Positions 11,306 through 19,648 of a stretch of DNA of 64,000 bases are shown in pieces. Each line of letters begins with the position of its first letter. Position 1 is the stretch's first letter. The position numbers and the translations under genes were made by a program. The DNA is from an uncultured virus (IMG/VR IMGVR_UViG_3300003316_000129) (lineage: Duplodnaviria > Heunggongvirae > Uroviricota > Caudoviricetes): IMG/VR virus record IMGVR_UViG_3300003316_000129; one strand, given 5' to 3'. The notes under the pieces are model-generated. The model saw only the letters and a list, made by a program, of their open reading frames with translations. It was not told the origin of the DNA and did no database searches.

Positions 11306-11338
11306 AATAAAGCCTCCCATGTTAAAGGAGGCTTTATT
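11306..11338. terminator. Bidirectional terminator
   Basis: aataaagcctcc-catgttaaa-ggaggctttatt between convergent genes. Confidence 0.75.
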
Positions 11339-11360
11339 CCAGGTTTTTCAAAGAGGGTAA

Positions 11361-11645
11361 TTACGTAGCGAGATCAGTCACAATTTGAGCAATGGTTTTA
11401 TCAGTATAAAAAACTGATCCACCATATACTGTACTTGTGATGGCGGTGTAAATTAAAGCACCACCAGCCTGACGACCAGCCTGAATATCTTTCAATTCAG
11501 AAAATGAAATGGGCTGACAGGCAGAAGTACCAGTGCCAAAAAGCATAGGCATACCGTATGGGTATAAACTACGATTGATAACATTGTTACTGTTAATTTG
11601 GTAGATATTCGCACGAATTACCGTGTTTAAAAGAGTAGAAGCCAT
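11361..11645 (-). CDS. Small T/G/A-rich protein, possibly a virion (decoration) protein
   Basis: Likely start MASTLL; has its own TAAATTTG box (11679-11686, minus strand) and terminator. Confidence 0.65.
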   Translation of the reverse strand: MASTLLNTVIRANIYQINSNNVINRSLYPYGMPMLFGTGTSACQPISFSELKDIQAGRQAGGALIYTAITSTVYGGSVFYTDKTIAQIVTDLAT

Positions 11646-11678
11646 AAACCAAGGATTTAATTTGTTAGTTAATTGAAC

Positions 11679-11705
11679 CAAATTTATACATTTTTTTTAT
11701 ATTTG
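11679..11705. promoter_or_regulatory. Divergent Bacteroidota-type -7 promoter boxes
   Basis: TAAATTTG (minus strand, 11679-11686) and TATATTTG (plus strand, 11698-11705) match TAnnTTTG. Confidence 0.65.
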
Positions 11706-11709
11706 GATC

Positions 11710-11825
11710 ACTTACCATTTCGTTATGTATATATTATTAAAAATTTTAATCTCCGGCATAGATGCATCCTGCCTTAGTCATGGCGAGATGGTAAGTCTTC
11801 TATGACCGGAGGTTTTTGTTTTTTT
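11710..11825 (+). ncRNA. Structured RNA leader (A-B-A'-B') upstream of HNH gene
   Basis: 11710-11727 pairs fully with 11779-11796 (18 bp including 3 G-U); 11751-11762 pairs with 11799-11811; a U-tract follows. Confidence 0.7.
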
Positions 11826-12431
11826 ATGGCACTCTTAAATATAATAGGTAAAAAATTTAATCATCTAATTGTTATAGAAAGAACCGAATCTAAGTCCCAT
11901 GTTGACAGGGCTGCTTGGTATAAATGTATTTGTGATTGTGGTATTGAGATATTTGCAAAAGGAGTTGAAGTAAAAAGCGGCAGAAGAAAAAGCTGCGGAT
12001 GCCAAAACTGGGAGTCTAAATTAAAGCCATTTAGGGGTCATTATTTATATGAGGTTTGGCATTCTATGATTCAAAGATGTACTAATAAAAATTATCATGC
12101 TTACCCTCATTATGGAGGAAGAGGCATTTGTGTTTTCCCTGATTGGTTTAAGTATGAAAATTTTTATAACGATGTTATAGATATTTATAATAAACAATTT
12201 AAGGAGCGGTATCATTTTGATAGAATAGATAATGAATCTAATTACGCTCCCGGAAATGTCAGGTTTGTAAGTACAAAAGAAAGTGCTAGAAATAAACGAG
12301 GCGTAGTATTAACGATTGAAAAGGCTAACGAAATTAGAAACTCTAAATTGTCAATTAAGGCGCTCGCTAAAAAATACGGAGTGAAAGAGCGGGCTATTTA
12401 TAATATAAAAGCGAATAAAACATGGGTTTAA
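11826..12431 (+). CDS. HNH homing endonuclease (N-terminal CxC..SCGC domain, C-terminal HTH)
   Basis: CICDCG..SCGC; W.SMIQRC.N..Y..YGGRGI.V; DRIDN...Y.PGNVRF. Confidence 0.9.
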   Translation: MALLNIIGKKFNHLIVIERTESKSHVDRAAWYKCICDCGIEIFAKGVEVKSGRRKSCGCQNWESKLKPFRGHYLYEVWHSMIQRCTNKNYHAYPHYGGRGICVFPDWFKYENFYNDVIDIYNKQFKERYHFDRIDNESNYAPGNVRFVSTKESARNKRGVVLTIEKANEIRNSKLSIKALAKKYGVKERAIYNIKANKTWV

Positions 12432-13222
12432 TTACGGCAAAGCACAGCTTTAATTCTGGGGATATTCTGACGGTCTTACCGGGGCTTAAGTATTTAGCAG
12501 AAAAAAACAAAACACAAGTGAAGATATTTCAACTATTGGATTTGCCAGCAGATTATGGGCACAATAACCCGCATCCTGTTACTAAAAACGGGGTACATGT
12601 ATGCATGAATGAGGGTATGTATAAATCATTAAAGCCGCTATTGGAGTCACAAAATTATATACATAGCTTTGAAATCTGGAAAGGAGAAGCAGTTGATTTT
12701 AATTTTGATCTAACAAGGCATCATTCACAAATGCCACTCCCTGGTGGCAGGATACACTCATGGCCCACTCTTATTTTCCCGCAATTAGAATGCTCTTTAA
12801 ATGATCCCTGGATTGATGTGCCACCAGATTTTTCATATGAAAACAAGGTGTGTCTTAATTTTACAGAAAGATATCGGAATGAATATATATCATATTTCTT
12901 TCTTAAAGAATATCAAGATAGATGCTTTTTTGTCGGCACTATAAATGAATGGAAAATTTTTATTGAAAAATGGGGGTTACATAAGATACCTTACGTCCAT
13001 GTGAATGATTTTCTTGAACTGGCAAAGTTTATCAAAGGTTGTAAGTTTACAATTGGCTGCCAATCATTCGTATGGCATTTAGCAGATGCAATGCAAACCC
13101 CTCGTATATTAGAGATATGTACACTGTACCCAAACACGTTTCCTGTCGGGAGCAACGGGTATTCATTCATAACACAAGAGGCATTGGAGTTCAGGTTCCA
13201 CCAACTTTTAAACGAATTATAA
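12422..13222 (+). CDS. GT9-like glycosyltransferase
   Basis: SGDIL..LP at the N-terminus; LELAKFIKGCKFTIGCQS..WHLA.A..TP at the C-terminus. Confidence 0.7.
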   Translation: MGLITAKHSFNSGDILTVLPGLKYLAEKNKTQVKIFQLLDLPADYGHNNPHPVTKNGVHVCMNEGMYKSLKPLLESQNYIHSFEIWKGEAVDFNFDLTRHHSQMPLPGGRIHSWPTLIFPQLECSLNDPWIDVPPDFSYENKVCLNFTERYRNEYISYFFLKEYQDRCFFVGTINEWKIFIEKWGLHKIPYVHVNDFLELAKFIKGCKFTIGCQSFVWHLADAMQTPRILEICTLYPNTFPVGSNGYSFITQEALEFRFHQLLNEL

Positions 13223-13224
13223 TA

Positions 13225-13455
13225 ATGGATGTAAAAGACTTTGTATCCAATGGAAATTTTGTGACTTTTGATAGTTTTCGCGCAGGGATATTCTATTATT
13301 CAGTCGCACATAAAATGACGCTTGAGCGGTTTCAGTTTCAAGTTCCGCTTGATGATATTGGGAGCGCTACTTTATTTAACAGAGATAAGTCTATATTTTT
13401 TATGCGCTGGATAAGGAAATCTATACAGGATGGGACTTTCGTTAAAATTGATTAA
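13225..13455 (+). CDS. Small conserved-looking phage hypothetical protein
   Basis: MDVKDFV..F.VPLDDIGSATL..DKSIFFMRWIRK. Confidence 0.6.
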   Translation: MDVKDFVSNGNFVTFDSFRAGIFYYSVAHKMTLERFQFQVPLDDIGSATLFNRDKSIFFMRWIRKSIQDGTFVKID

Positions 13456-13457
13456 TT

Positions 13458-13940
13458 ATGAGAGATATAAAATTCAGAGCGAAGAGTATTCACCCTGATG
13501 GCGAATGGAAGTTCGGTAGCCTAAAGCGATATATTGATCATGGGAAGGTTTCTATAATGGAAGAAGTTGAAGGTGGCCATATGTGGCTTATTGATCCAGC
13601 TACAGTAGGTCAGCATACTGGTTTAAAAGATAAAAACGGCAAAGAAATATATGAAGGAGATGTGTATTTAGCAGATCGGAGTTATATGCCAAGCAGGGGG
13701 CACCTTAGAAAGGGTTATCCAGAAAGGATAAAAGTGATATGCGTTGTTGAATGGAGTGTTTATGATGCAGGCTGGCGAGATAGAGAAATTGGCCCAATAG
13801 AAGAGCATAAGGAATTTGATAAGCATACCCCCTACCATTACTATCATACATCATTGAGTGGTTCACAAGATGGGAATGCAGAATGGATGGAGGTAATAGG
13901 TAATATACACGATAATCCAGAATTAATAAAACAGAAATGA
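13458..13940 (+). CDS. YopX family protein
   Basis: MRDIKFRAK; TVGQHTGLKDKNGKEIYEGD; EVIGNIHDNPEL. Confidence 0.92.
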   Translation: MRDIKFRAKSIHPDGEWKFGSLKRYIDHGKVSIMEEVEGGHMWLIDPATVGQHTGLKDKNGKEIYEGDVYLADRSYMPSRGHLRKGYPERIKVICVVEWSVYDAGWRDREIGPIEEHKEFDKHTPYHYYHTSLSGSQDGNAEWMEVIGNIHDNPELIKQK

Positions 13941-13984
13941 ATGGCGCGAACATTTATTTGAAATAAAAAGCATATATTGCAAAT

Positions 13985-14094
13985 GCTTATCACTTCAACT
14001 TTATGAAATCATTTAATTCAAATTCCTGTCAACAGATACATTCCTGCCTAACGGTTGAGAGTGATAAGCTATCTGTTGGCAGGATTTTGTTTTT
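13985..14094 (+). ncRNA. Structured RNA leader (A-B-A'-B') upstream of HNH gene
   Basis: 13985-14000 pairs with 14053-14069; 14024-14038 pairs with 14070-14084 (15 bp, 1 G-U); a U-tract follows. Confidence 0.7.
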
Positions 14095-14724
14095 ATGCAA
14101 CATTGGAAAAACCTAAGCCTTGACTCACTAAAAGAAGAAATCGAAGGGATAATTTATGTAGAAAAATGGAAGCCTATACCTAATTATGAAGGCTGCTATG
14201 ACATAAGTAGTTTTGGTCGAATAAAAAGTAAAAAGAGGTTAGTTAAACATTATAGAGGTGGGGTTTTACAGAAATCAGAAAGAATATTAAAGCAAAATCT
14301 GGATACTGACGGATACCCGCAGGTTTTATTATGCAAAGAAGGCATATCTAAATCTGTTAAAATACACCAACTTGTAGCAAAGGTATTCATCAAAAACCCA
14401 GAAAACAAAACAACCGTCAATCATAAGTGGGGGATAAAAACGCATAATATGGTGCATCAATTAGAATGGTTTACGGTTGCAGAACAAACTAAACATTCCT
14501 ATGAAGTTCTGAAAAGAAAATTAAGCCCTAAAACATTCACCCCAGGTAAAGGGAACCCATTTTCAAAAAGGGTATCGCAATATGACCTGAATGATAATTA
14601 TATAGCTTCATTTAACGGAACTAGAGAGGCAGAGAGGATGACTGGATTTGATAGGCAAGGCATAGCCCGTTCTTGTAGAAGTGCAGGCAAACCATATAAA
14701 AACTATAAATGGAAATACGAATGA
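14095..14724 (+). CDS. NUMOD4-HNH-NUMOD1 homing endonuclease
   Basis: EKWKPIPNYEGCYDISSFGRIKS; HQLVA..FI.NP....VNH..G.K..N....LEW. Confidence 0.9.
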   Translation: MQHWKNLSLDSLKEEIEGIIYVEKWKPIPNYEGCYDISSFGRIKSKKRLVKHYRGGVLQKSERILKQNLDTDGYPQVLLCKEGISKSVKIHQLVAKVFIKNPENKTTVNHKWGIKTHNMVHQLEWFTVAEQTKHSYEVLKRKLSPKTFTPGKGNPFSKRVSQYDLNDNYIASFNGTREAERMTGFDRQGIARSCRSAGKPYKNYKWKYE

Positions 14725-16172
14725 AAAAAGAATTAAATAATGTCACACTTGTATGTATAGACTGCGTACAGTATGGAGAGGCGATTCAGGCGATTAAAAA
14801 AAGTCTCATTCAAATCAATCCTAAAAAGTCTCTTTTTTTTACTGATATAAAAGCGTATAGCCCAAAGTTCCCCTTTGAGATCATTAAGATTGATAAAATA
14901 TCAAGCAAAGAGGAATATAGCCATTTTGTTTTTAAAGAATTGTATAAATATATTGAAACGGATTATGTTTTAATTATTCATGCGGATGGATATGTGTTGG
15001 ATGGTAATGCTTGGGATGATAGATTTTACGAATCGGACTATATCGGCAGCCCATGGCTTTATATAGACGGCCGAAACGTTGGTAATGGCGTTTCTTTGCG
15101 ATCCAAAAAATTACTTGAAATATGCGCGAAAGATGATTTTATGGATATAACTCATCCAGAAGATGCGATGATATGTAGGTTATATCGCCCATATCTCGAA
15201 AAAAAATACAATATAAGGTTTGCTCCCGAAGAATTGGCTGATAAGTTTGGCTATGAACTTAGAGAACCTATTCAAAGCACTTTTTTATTTCACGGTAAAT
15301 TCCACCAACCATTTCAGCCTACGGTTGTAATAAAGCGCTCAGGTGCTTTAGGAGATTGTATAGCTGCTGAACCATTAATGCACTATTACCATGAACAAGG
15401 GTACAGGGTTGTGGTTGATATGCCAGTTCATCTTGCAATGGTATATGTGAACCACTATTTCAAAGTGTGGCATATAAGCCAAATCGATGTTGATCGAGTG
15501 AAGCCAATGGTTATTGATCTTGATGGTGTATACGAGGATAAGCCAGATCAACTTCATCTTAAAAGTTATTTTGAAAGAGCGAGTTTTATTCAGCACTTAA
15601 ATTACAAAAATCCAGCTATTGAGGTTTCATTAAGGAATCCGAAACTTCATCATCCGAATATTGAATACACAAAAATGTTTAAGAATTTGTGTGTAATTCA
15701 CGCTGATGAGCGCGATCAGCCATATCGAAATATATACGGAGTTAATTGGCGCGAAGTGGTTCAGTCTTTAATAAAGCGCGGGTATACAGTAATTCAAACA
15801 GGTCTTGCAAAACATGAGGATATTGAAGGCGCAATTCAAATGCATACTGCTACAAACAATTTCCTGCTTTACCTAATCGCCGGGGCGTCATTATTTGTAG
15901 GGATTGATTCTGGCCCGGCTGCGATGGCTGTAGCGTGTGATGTGCCGTCTGTTATTTTCTTCGGATCAGTTGAAAGCAAATATATCCATCCTGATCTAAG
16001 CAACGTTTGTGTGATCGAAAAAGAAAACCCATGCTCAACGCCAAAGTGCTGGCATAATGAAGTTGGCGGTACAACTGGCAGGCCGTGTGTTGTGAACGAA
16101 ACGATGCCCCCGTGCACACAATTCAACACCGAAGAAGTATTATATAAAATTGATAAATTCCTGAATAGATGA
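14721..16172 (+). CDS. Two-domain glycosyltransferase (DUF5672-like GT-A domain plus GT9 domain)
   Basis: VLIIHADG..DYIGSPW..VGNG.SLRSK..PED; GALGD; FVGIDSGP..MA.A..VP.V.FFG. Confidence 0.8.
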   Translation: MKKELNNVTLVCIDCVQYGEAIQAIKKSLIQINPKKSLFFTDIKAYSPKFPFEIIKIDKISSKEEYSHFVFKELYKYIETDYVLIIHADGYVLDGNAWDDRFYESDYIGSPWLYIDGRNVGNGVSLRSKKLLEICAKDDFMDITHPEDAMICRLYRPYLEKKYNIRFAPEELADKFGYELREPIQSTFLFHGKFHQPFQPTVVIKRSGALGDCIAAEPLMHYYHEQGYRVVVDMPVHLAMVYVNHYFKVWHISQIDVDRVKPMVIDLDGVYEDKPDQLHLKSYFERASFIQHLNYKNPAIEVSLRNPKLHHPNIEYTKMFKNLCVIHADERDQPYRNIYGVNWREVVQSLIKRGYTVIQTGLAKHEDIEGAIQMHTATNNFLLYLIAGASLFVGIDSGPAAMAVACDVPSVIFFGSVESKYIHPDLSNVCVIEKENPCSTPKCWHNEVGGTTGRPCVVNETMPPCTQFNTEEVLYKIDKFLNR

Positions 16173-16912
16173 CGGTTTTTGATTGTTTTTGTTATTGCGG
16201 TGAAAAAGAACTTCTTGAAATAAGGCTTAATGAGTTTTTAAATAGCAAGCATCCAGTAGTGCATGTTTTAATTGAGTCAAAATTTACATTTTCAGGTAAA
16301 GAAAAACCATTGTATTTTGACAAGAGCAAAGAATCATTTGCGGAATGGCCTATAATAAGTATCACCGTGAATGAATTTCCTGAAACTGATAATCCGTGGG
16401 AAAGAGAAAAATACCAAAGGAATATGATCCAAGGTGCTTTGAAATTTCTTCTAGCCAAAGATAACGACACGGTAATTATATCAGATGTGGACGAAATACC
16501 AAGTCATAAAGCTGTTGATATTTTTTGTGGGCTAAATGATACTGAATTTGCATCACTAATGATGAAGAAATATGGTTATTATCTTAACTATCAAGAAAAA
16601 GATGAATGGGATAGGGCCAGAATTTTTAGATACAAGTATCTGAAGGATAAAACGCCAGAAGAAATAAGAAACAGCGGTTACTCAATTGCAATGCATAATG
16701 CCGGCTGGCATTGGTCATATTTGCACCCAAGAATCAGAGAAAAATTAAATTCATTTTCGCATACAGAAATCAATACGCCACAGAACTTAGGTAAAGCCGA
16801 TGAGTTTATAAACTTCTGGAATGGCTCTGATATGAAGATAGTTGACATAGATGAAACATACCCAGAGTATCTACGAAATAATATTTCAAAATTCAAACAC
16901 CTTATAAAATGA
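16169..16912 (+). CDS. GT17-like (beta-1,4-GlcNAc transferase) glycosyltransferase
   Basis: FDCF....E..LLEIRL; TFSG..KPLYF; W.RE..QRN; ISDVDEIP; GWHWSY. Confidence 0.85.
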   Translation: MTVFDCFCYCGEKELLEIRLNEFLNSKHPVVHVLIESKFTFSGKEKPLYFDKSKESFAEWPIISITVNEFPETDNPWEREKYQRNMIQGALKFLLAKDNDTVIISDVDEIPSHKAVDIFCGLNDTEFASLMMKKYGYYLNYQEKDEWDRARIFRYKYLKDKTPEEIRNSGYSIAMHNAGWHWSYLHPRIREKLNSFSHTEINTPQNLGKADEFINFWNGSDMKIVDIDETYPEYLRNNISKFKHLIK

Positions 16913-17115
16913 CAATAACAAAGTATCTTGAAAGAAAAGACATTCTCCAAAATACTCCTTTCAGGATAAACGAAAATGGGGAAGGCCGATTTATTGAAAA
17001 TGGCAATGAATACACCAGGGAGCAGTTTATGCGAAAGTACCCGCTGCCTATGAGCTTTGTAAGTCATACTGTAGCAAATAGCGACACAAAACAAAATTGG
17101 CTATTAACCGAATAA
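16909..17115 (+). CDS. Hypothetical protein
   Basis: Coupled 68-aa ORF. Confidence 0.55.
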   Translation: MTITKYLERKDILQNTPFRINENGEGRFIENGNEYTREQFMRKYPLPMSFVSHTVANSDTKQNWLLTE

Positions 17116-17125
17116 AATAATATTA

Positions 17126-17902
17126 ATGCAAATATTTGATTGTTTCCCGTTTTGGCGGGAGTTGGATGTATTAAAACTAAGATTGGAAATACTAAAGCCA
17201 TTAAATGCGATTCATGTTCTTGTAGAAGCACCAATATCCCATACCGGCGACCCCAAACCTCTTTACTTCAAAGAAAATGCTCAATTGTTTAGCGAATATA
17301 ATATTCGTCACATTGTCACTGATTTGCCAAATAAAGGGGATGCATGGGAAAATGAAAATAAACAAAGAGATGCGATTATTATGGGGTTGTACGATGCTAA
17401 TGACGAAGATTTAGTAATAGTTAGCGATCTTGATGAAATACCAAAACCGGAATCGATTCTTGAATTTATTCCAGATAAAATGGTTGTGGCTGCACTTAAA
17501 ATGAATCACTATACTTATTACTTGAATTGTCAACAATGTATTCAATGCTGGGAGATGGCCAGGTTGACTACATTTGAATACCTAAAAACAACCACTCCAA
17601 ACAGATTAAGGCAAGATGGGTTTAAGACAATTATGCTTAATGCCGGGTGGCATCTTTCTTGGATGGGAGGAATTGATAGGATAATGGATAAGTTTTTCTC
17701 ATATGCGCATACTGAAAGCTGCACATCGGCTAACACAGATAGAGACGCATTGATTGAGAAACTTAATACAGGTGAATCCCTATGGAGTAATGGGAATAAG
17801 AATGATCTATGGCCATTTGTTCCCATTGATGATTCTTTCCCGAAATACATTCGTGACAACGAGCAACAATTGATAGAGAAAGGTTTAATAAAACCGTTAT
17901 GA
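17126..17902 (+). CDS. Second GT17-like glycosyltransferase
   Basis: IFDCFPF..E..VL.LRL; KPLYF; W.NE..QRD; VSDLDEIP; GWHLSWMG. Confidence 0.85.
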   Translation: MQIFDCFPFWRELDVLKLRLEILKPLNAIHVLVEAPISHTGDPKPLYFKENAQLFSEYNIRHIVTDLPNKGDAWENENKQRDAIIMGLYDANDEDLVIVSDLDEIPKPESILEFIPDKMVVAALKMNHYTYYLNCQQCIQCWEMARLTTFEYLKTTTPNRLRQDGFKTIMLNAGWHLSWMGGIDRIMDKFFSYAHTESCTSANTDRDALIEKLNTGESLWSNGNKNDLWPFVPIDDSFPKYIRDNEQQLIEKGLIKPL

Positions 17903-18165
17903 CCAATGTTGAGGAATTAATTGGGAAAAAGTATGGTTATTTGACAATTCTATCCGATGCAGGCTTGGTGAACCTGAAGAATGGCTATAATAGAACAAAG
18001 GGGTATAGATATGTCAATGTCAGATGTGACTGCGGTATTGTAAAATCAATTATTCTTAATAATATTGTTGCCGGTCATACAATTAGTTGCGGATGTGTCA
18101 GGAAGAGAACTAACGGCAGGGTTAAGGTTAGAAAAAATAAAAAACAAAATTTATTTAAAAAGAAT
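17899..18165 (+). pseudogene. Truncated HNH endonuclease N-terminal domain, in frame with the methyltransferase
   Basis: LIGKKYGYLTI..CDCG..GHTISCGC with no nuclease core. Confidence 0.65.
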
Positions 18166-18822
18166 ATGCTTACATTAAATGAATATGCGTCTATGTATGG
18201 AACTGATAAAGGGCCTAACGGCCACAATTATACCCCATACTATGATATGTTTTTTAAATCAATGAGGCTGAAAATGCCAAACGTTCTTGAGATCGGAATA
18301 GACGAAGGCAATAGCCTGAAGATGTGGGCTAAATATTTTGAGGGTGGCCTGATACACGGGATTGATCTTAGGGGAGATTACGATTATTTAAAAGAATGGA
18401 AAAAAGAAAACAAGGCCTATATTAAAACGCATGTAGTGGATCAATCCAATAAGGCTGATCTTGTTTTATTCGGAGAAAAATTTTCCGATTATTTTTCTAT
18501 AATTATTTGCGACGGCAGTCATAACGCTGAAGATGATATTCTTACTTTTGAAACTTTATTTCCGTATCTAAAGAGTGGCGGTTATTTTGCGATTGAAGAC
18601 ACGCTTTGTTCTACTGATAAAAATAGATGGGGAAAAGTAGCTAATATATACGATCGGATCAAACAGATGATTGATGAAGTACACATGAATGGGAAAATGT
18701 CTGTGGATAGCCTATGTTCTAATAAAATAAAAGAAGCACCAAAATATAATTTGAATTATTTTGAAGCAAACATCGAGTGGGTATGGTGTAGTGCTGGATT
18801 AACAATTATTAAGAAAATATGA
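18166..18822 (+). CDS. Class I SAM-dependent (sugar) O-methyltransferase
   Basis: YGTDK...HNY.PYY; VLEIGI..G.SL.MW..YF; IICDGSH; LKSGG.F.IED. Confidence 0.85.
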   Translation: MLTLNEYASMYGTDKGPNGHNYTPYYDMFFKSMRLKMPNVLEIGIDEGNSLKMWAKYFEGGLIHGIDLRGDYDYLKEWKKENKAYIKTHVVDQSNKADLVLFGEKFSDYFSIIICDGSHNAEDDILTFETLFPYLKSGGYFAIEDTLCSTDKNRWGKVANIYDRIKQMIDEVHMNGKMSVDSLCSNKIKEAPKYNLNYFEANIEWVWCSAGLTIIKKI

Positions 18823-18923
18823 AAGAGACTTGGAAGAAAATAAATGGCGTAGATGGGGAATATTTTATTTCCACTTTTGGGAAAAGGAAAACTACAGGAG
18901 GGTATATATGGAAGTATGCGTAA
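18819..18923 (+). pseudogene. 34-aa internally deleted NUMOD4/NUMOD1 homing endonuclease relic
   Basis: MKETWKKINGVDGEYFISTFG joined directly to KRKTTGGYIWKYA. Confidence 0.75.
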
Positions 18924-19648
18924 ATTCAAAAATAACTTTGGTGTCTGTGAATTGGAATCAACAACCATGCGTAGAACTCCTACTCAAGAGCTATGTCAGG
19001 CATCATTATAGTGGGGAACCGCTTAAATTAATTCTTGTGGATAACGGAAGTGTGGATGGGTCTAAAGAATGGATGATAGATAATAATATTCCTTTTATTG
19101 ACTTAAAAGTAAATATTGGGCATGAAAATGCTATTAACGGCATATTTGAATCCATAAGTACAAAATATGTATTATTGGTAGACACCGATGTACAGTTTAA
19201 AAATTTCGTATGGGATTATGTGAGTTTTTTTGATGATAAAATAGTGTCTGCCGGAGAAATTATAGATAAGAATTTTATAAACGAAATGAAAATTAAAGAT
19301 AGGATTAGTCCTTGGTTTACACTTTTTGATTATAAAAGGATTAGAAAAGCTGGCATAAATACCTTTAGAACTAATAACGATTGGACATACGATGTAGGGA
19401 GTGAATTTTATGAAAACTTGCTCAAAGCCGGGTTTGCTAACTTTAATATTGAACGATTGCCGGGGGATCAGGACGGTGATTTGATAAGCATGAAGTATGA
19501 AAAATTTAGACACTGGGGGAAAGTGTCGTGGGATTTAATTGAGCATTTGGATAGAGTTACTGAAATAGTCAACAGGCGCAAAGCCATTCTTGAGGAATTA
19601 AAAACATATTCTGACGTTGATTTAAAAAACAAATTCATTCCAGGATGA
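18908..19648 (+). CDS. GT2 family glycosyltransferase
   Basis: LILVDNGSVDGS; NIGH; VLLVDTDV (DxD). Confidence 0.85.
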   Translation: MEVCVNSKITLVSVNWNQQPCVELLLKSYVRHHYSGEPLKLILVDNGSVDGSKEWMIDNNIPFIDLKVNIGHENAINGIFESISTKYVLLVDTDVQFKNFVWDYVSFFDDKIVSAGEIIDKNFINEMKIKDRISPWFTLFDYKRIRKAGINTFRTNNDWTYDVGSEFYENLLKAGFANFNIERLPGDQDGDLISMKYEKFRHWGKVSWDLIEHLDRVTEIVNRRKAILEELKTYSDVDLKNKFIPG

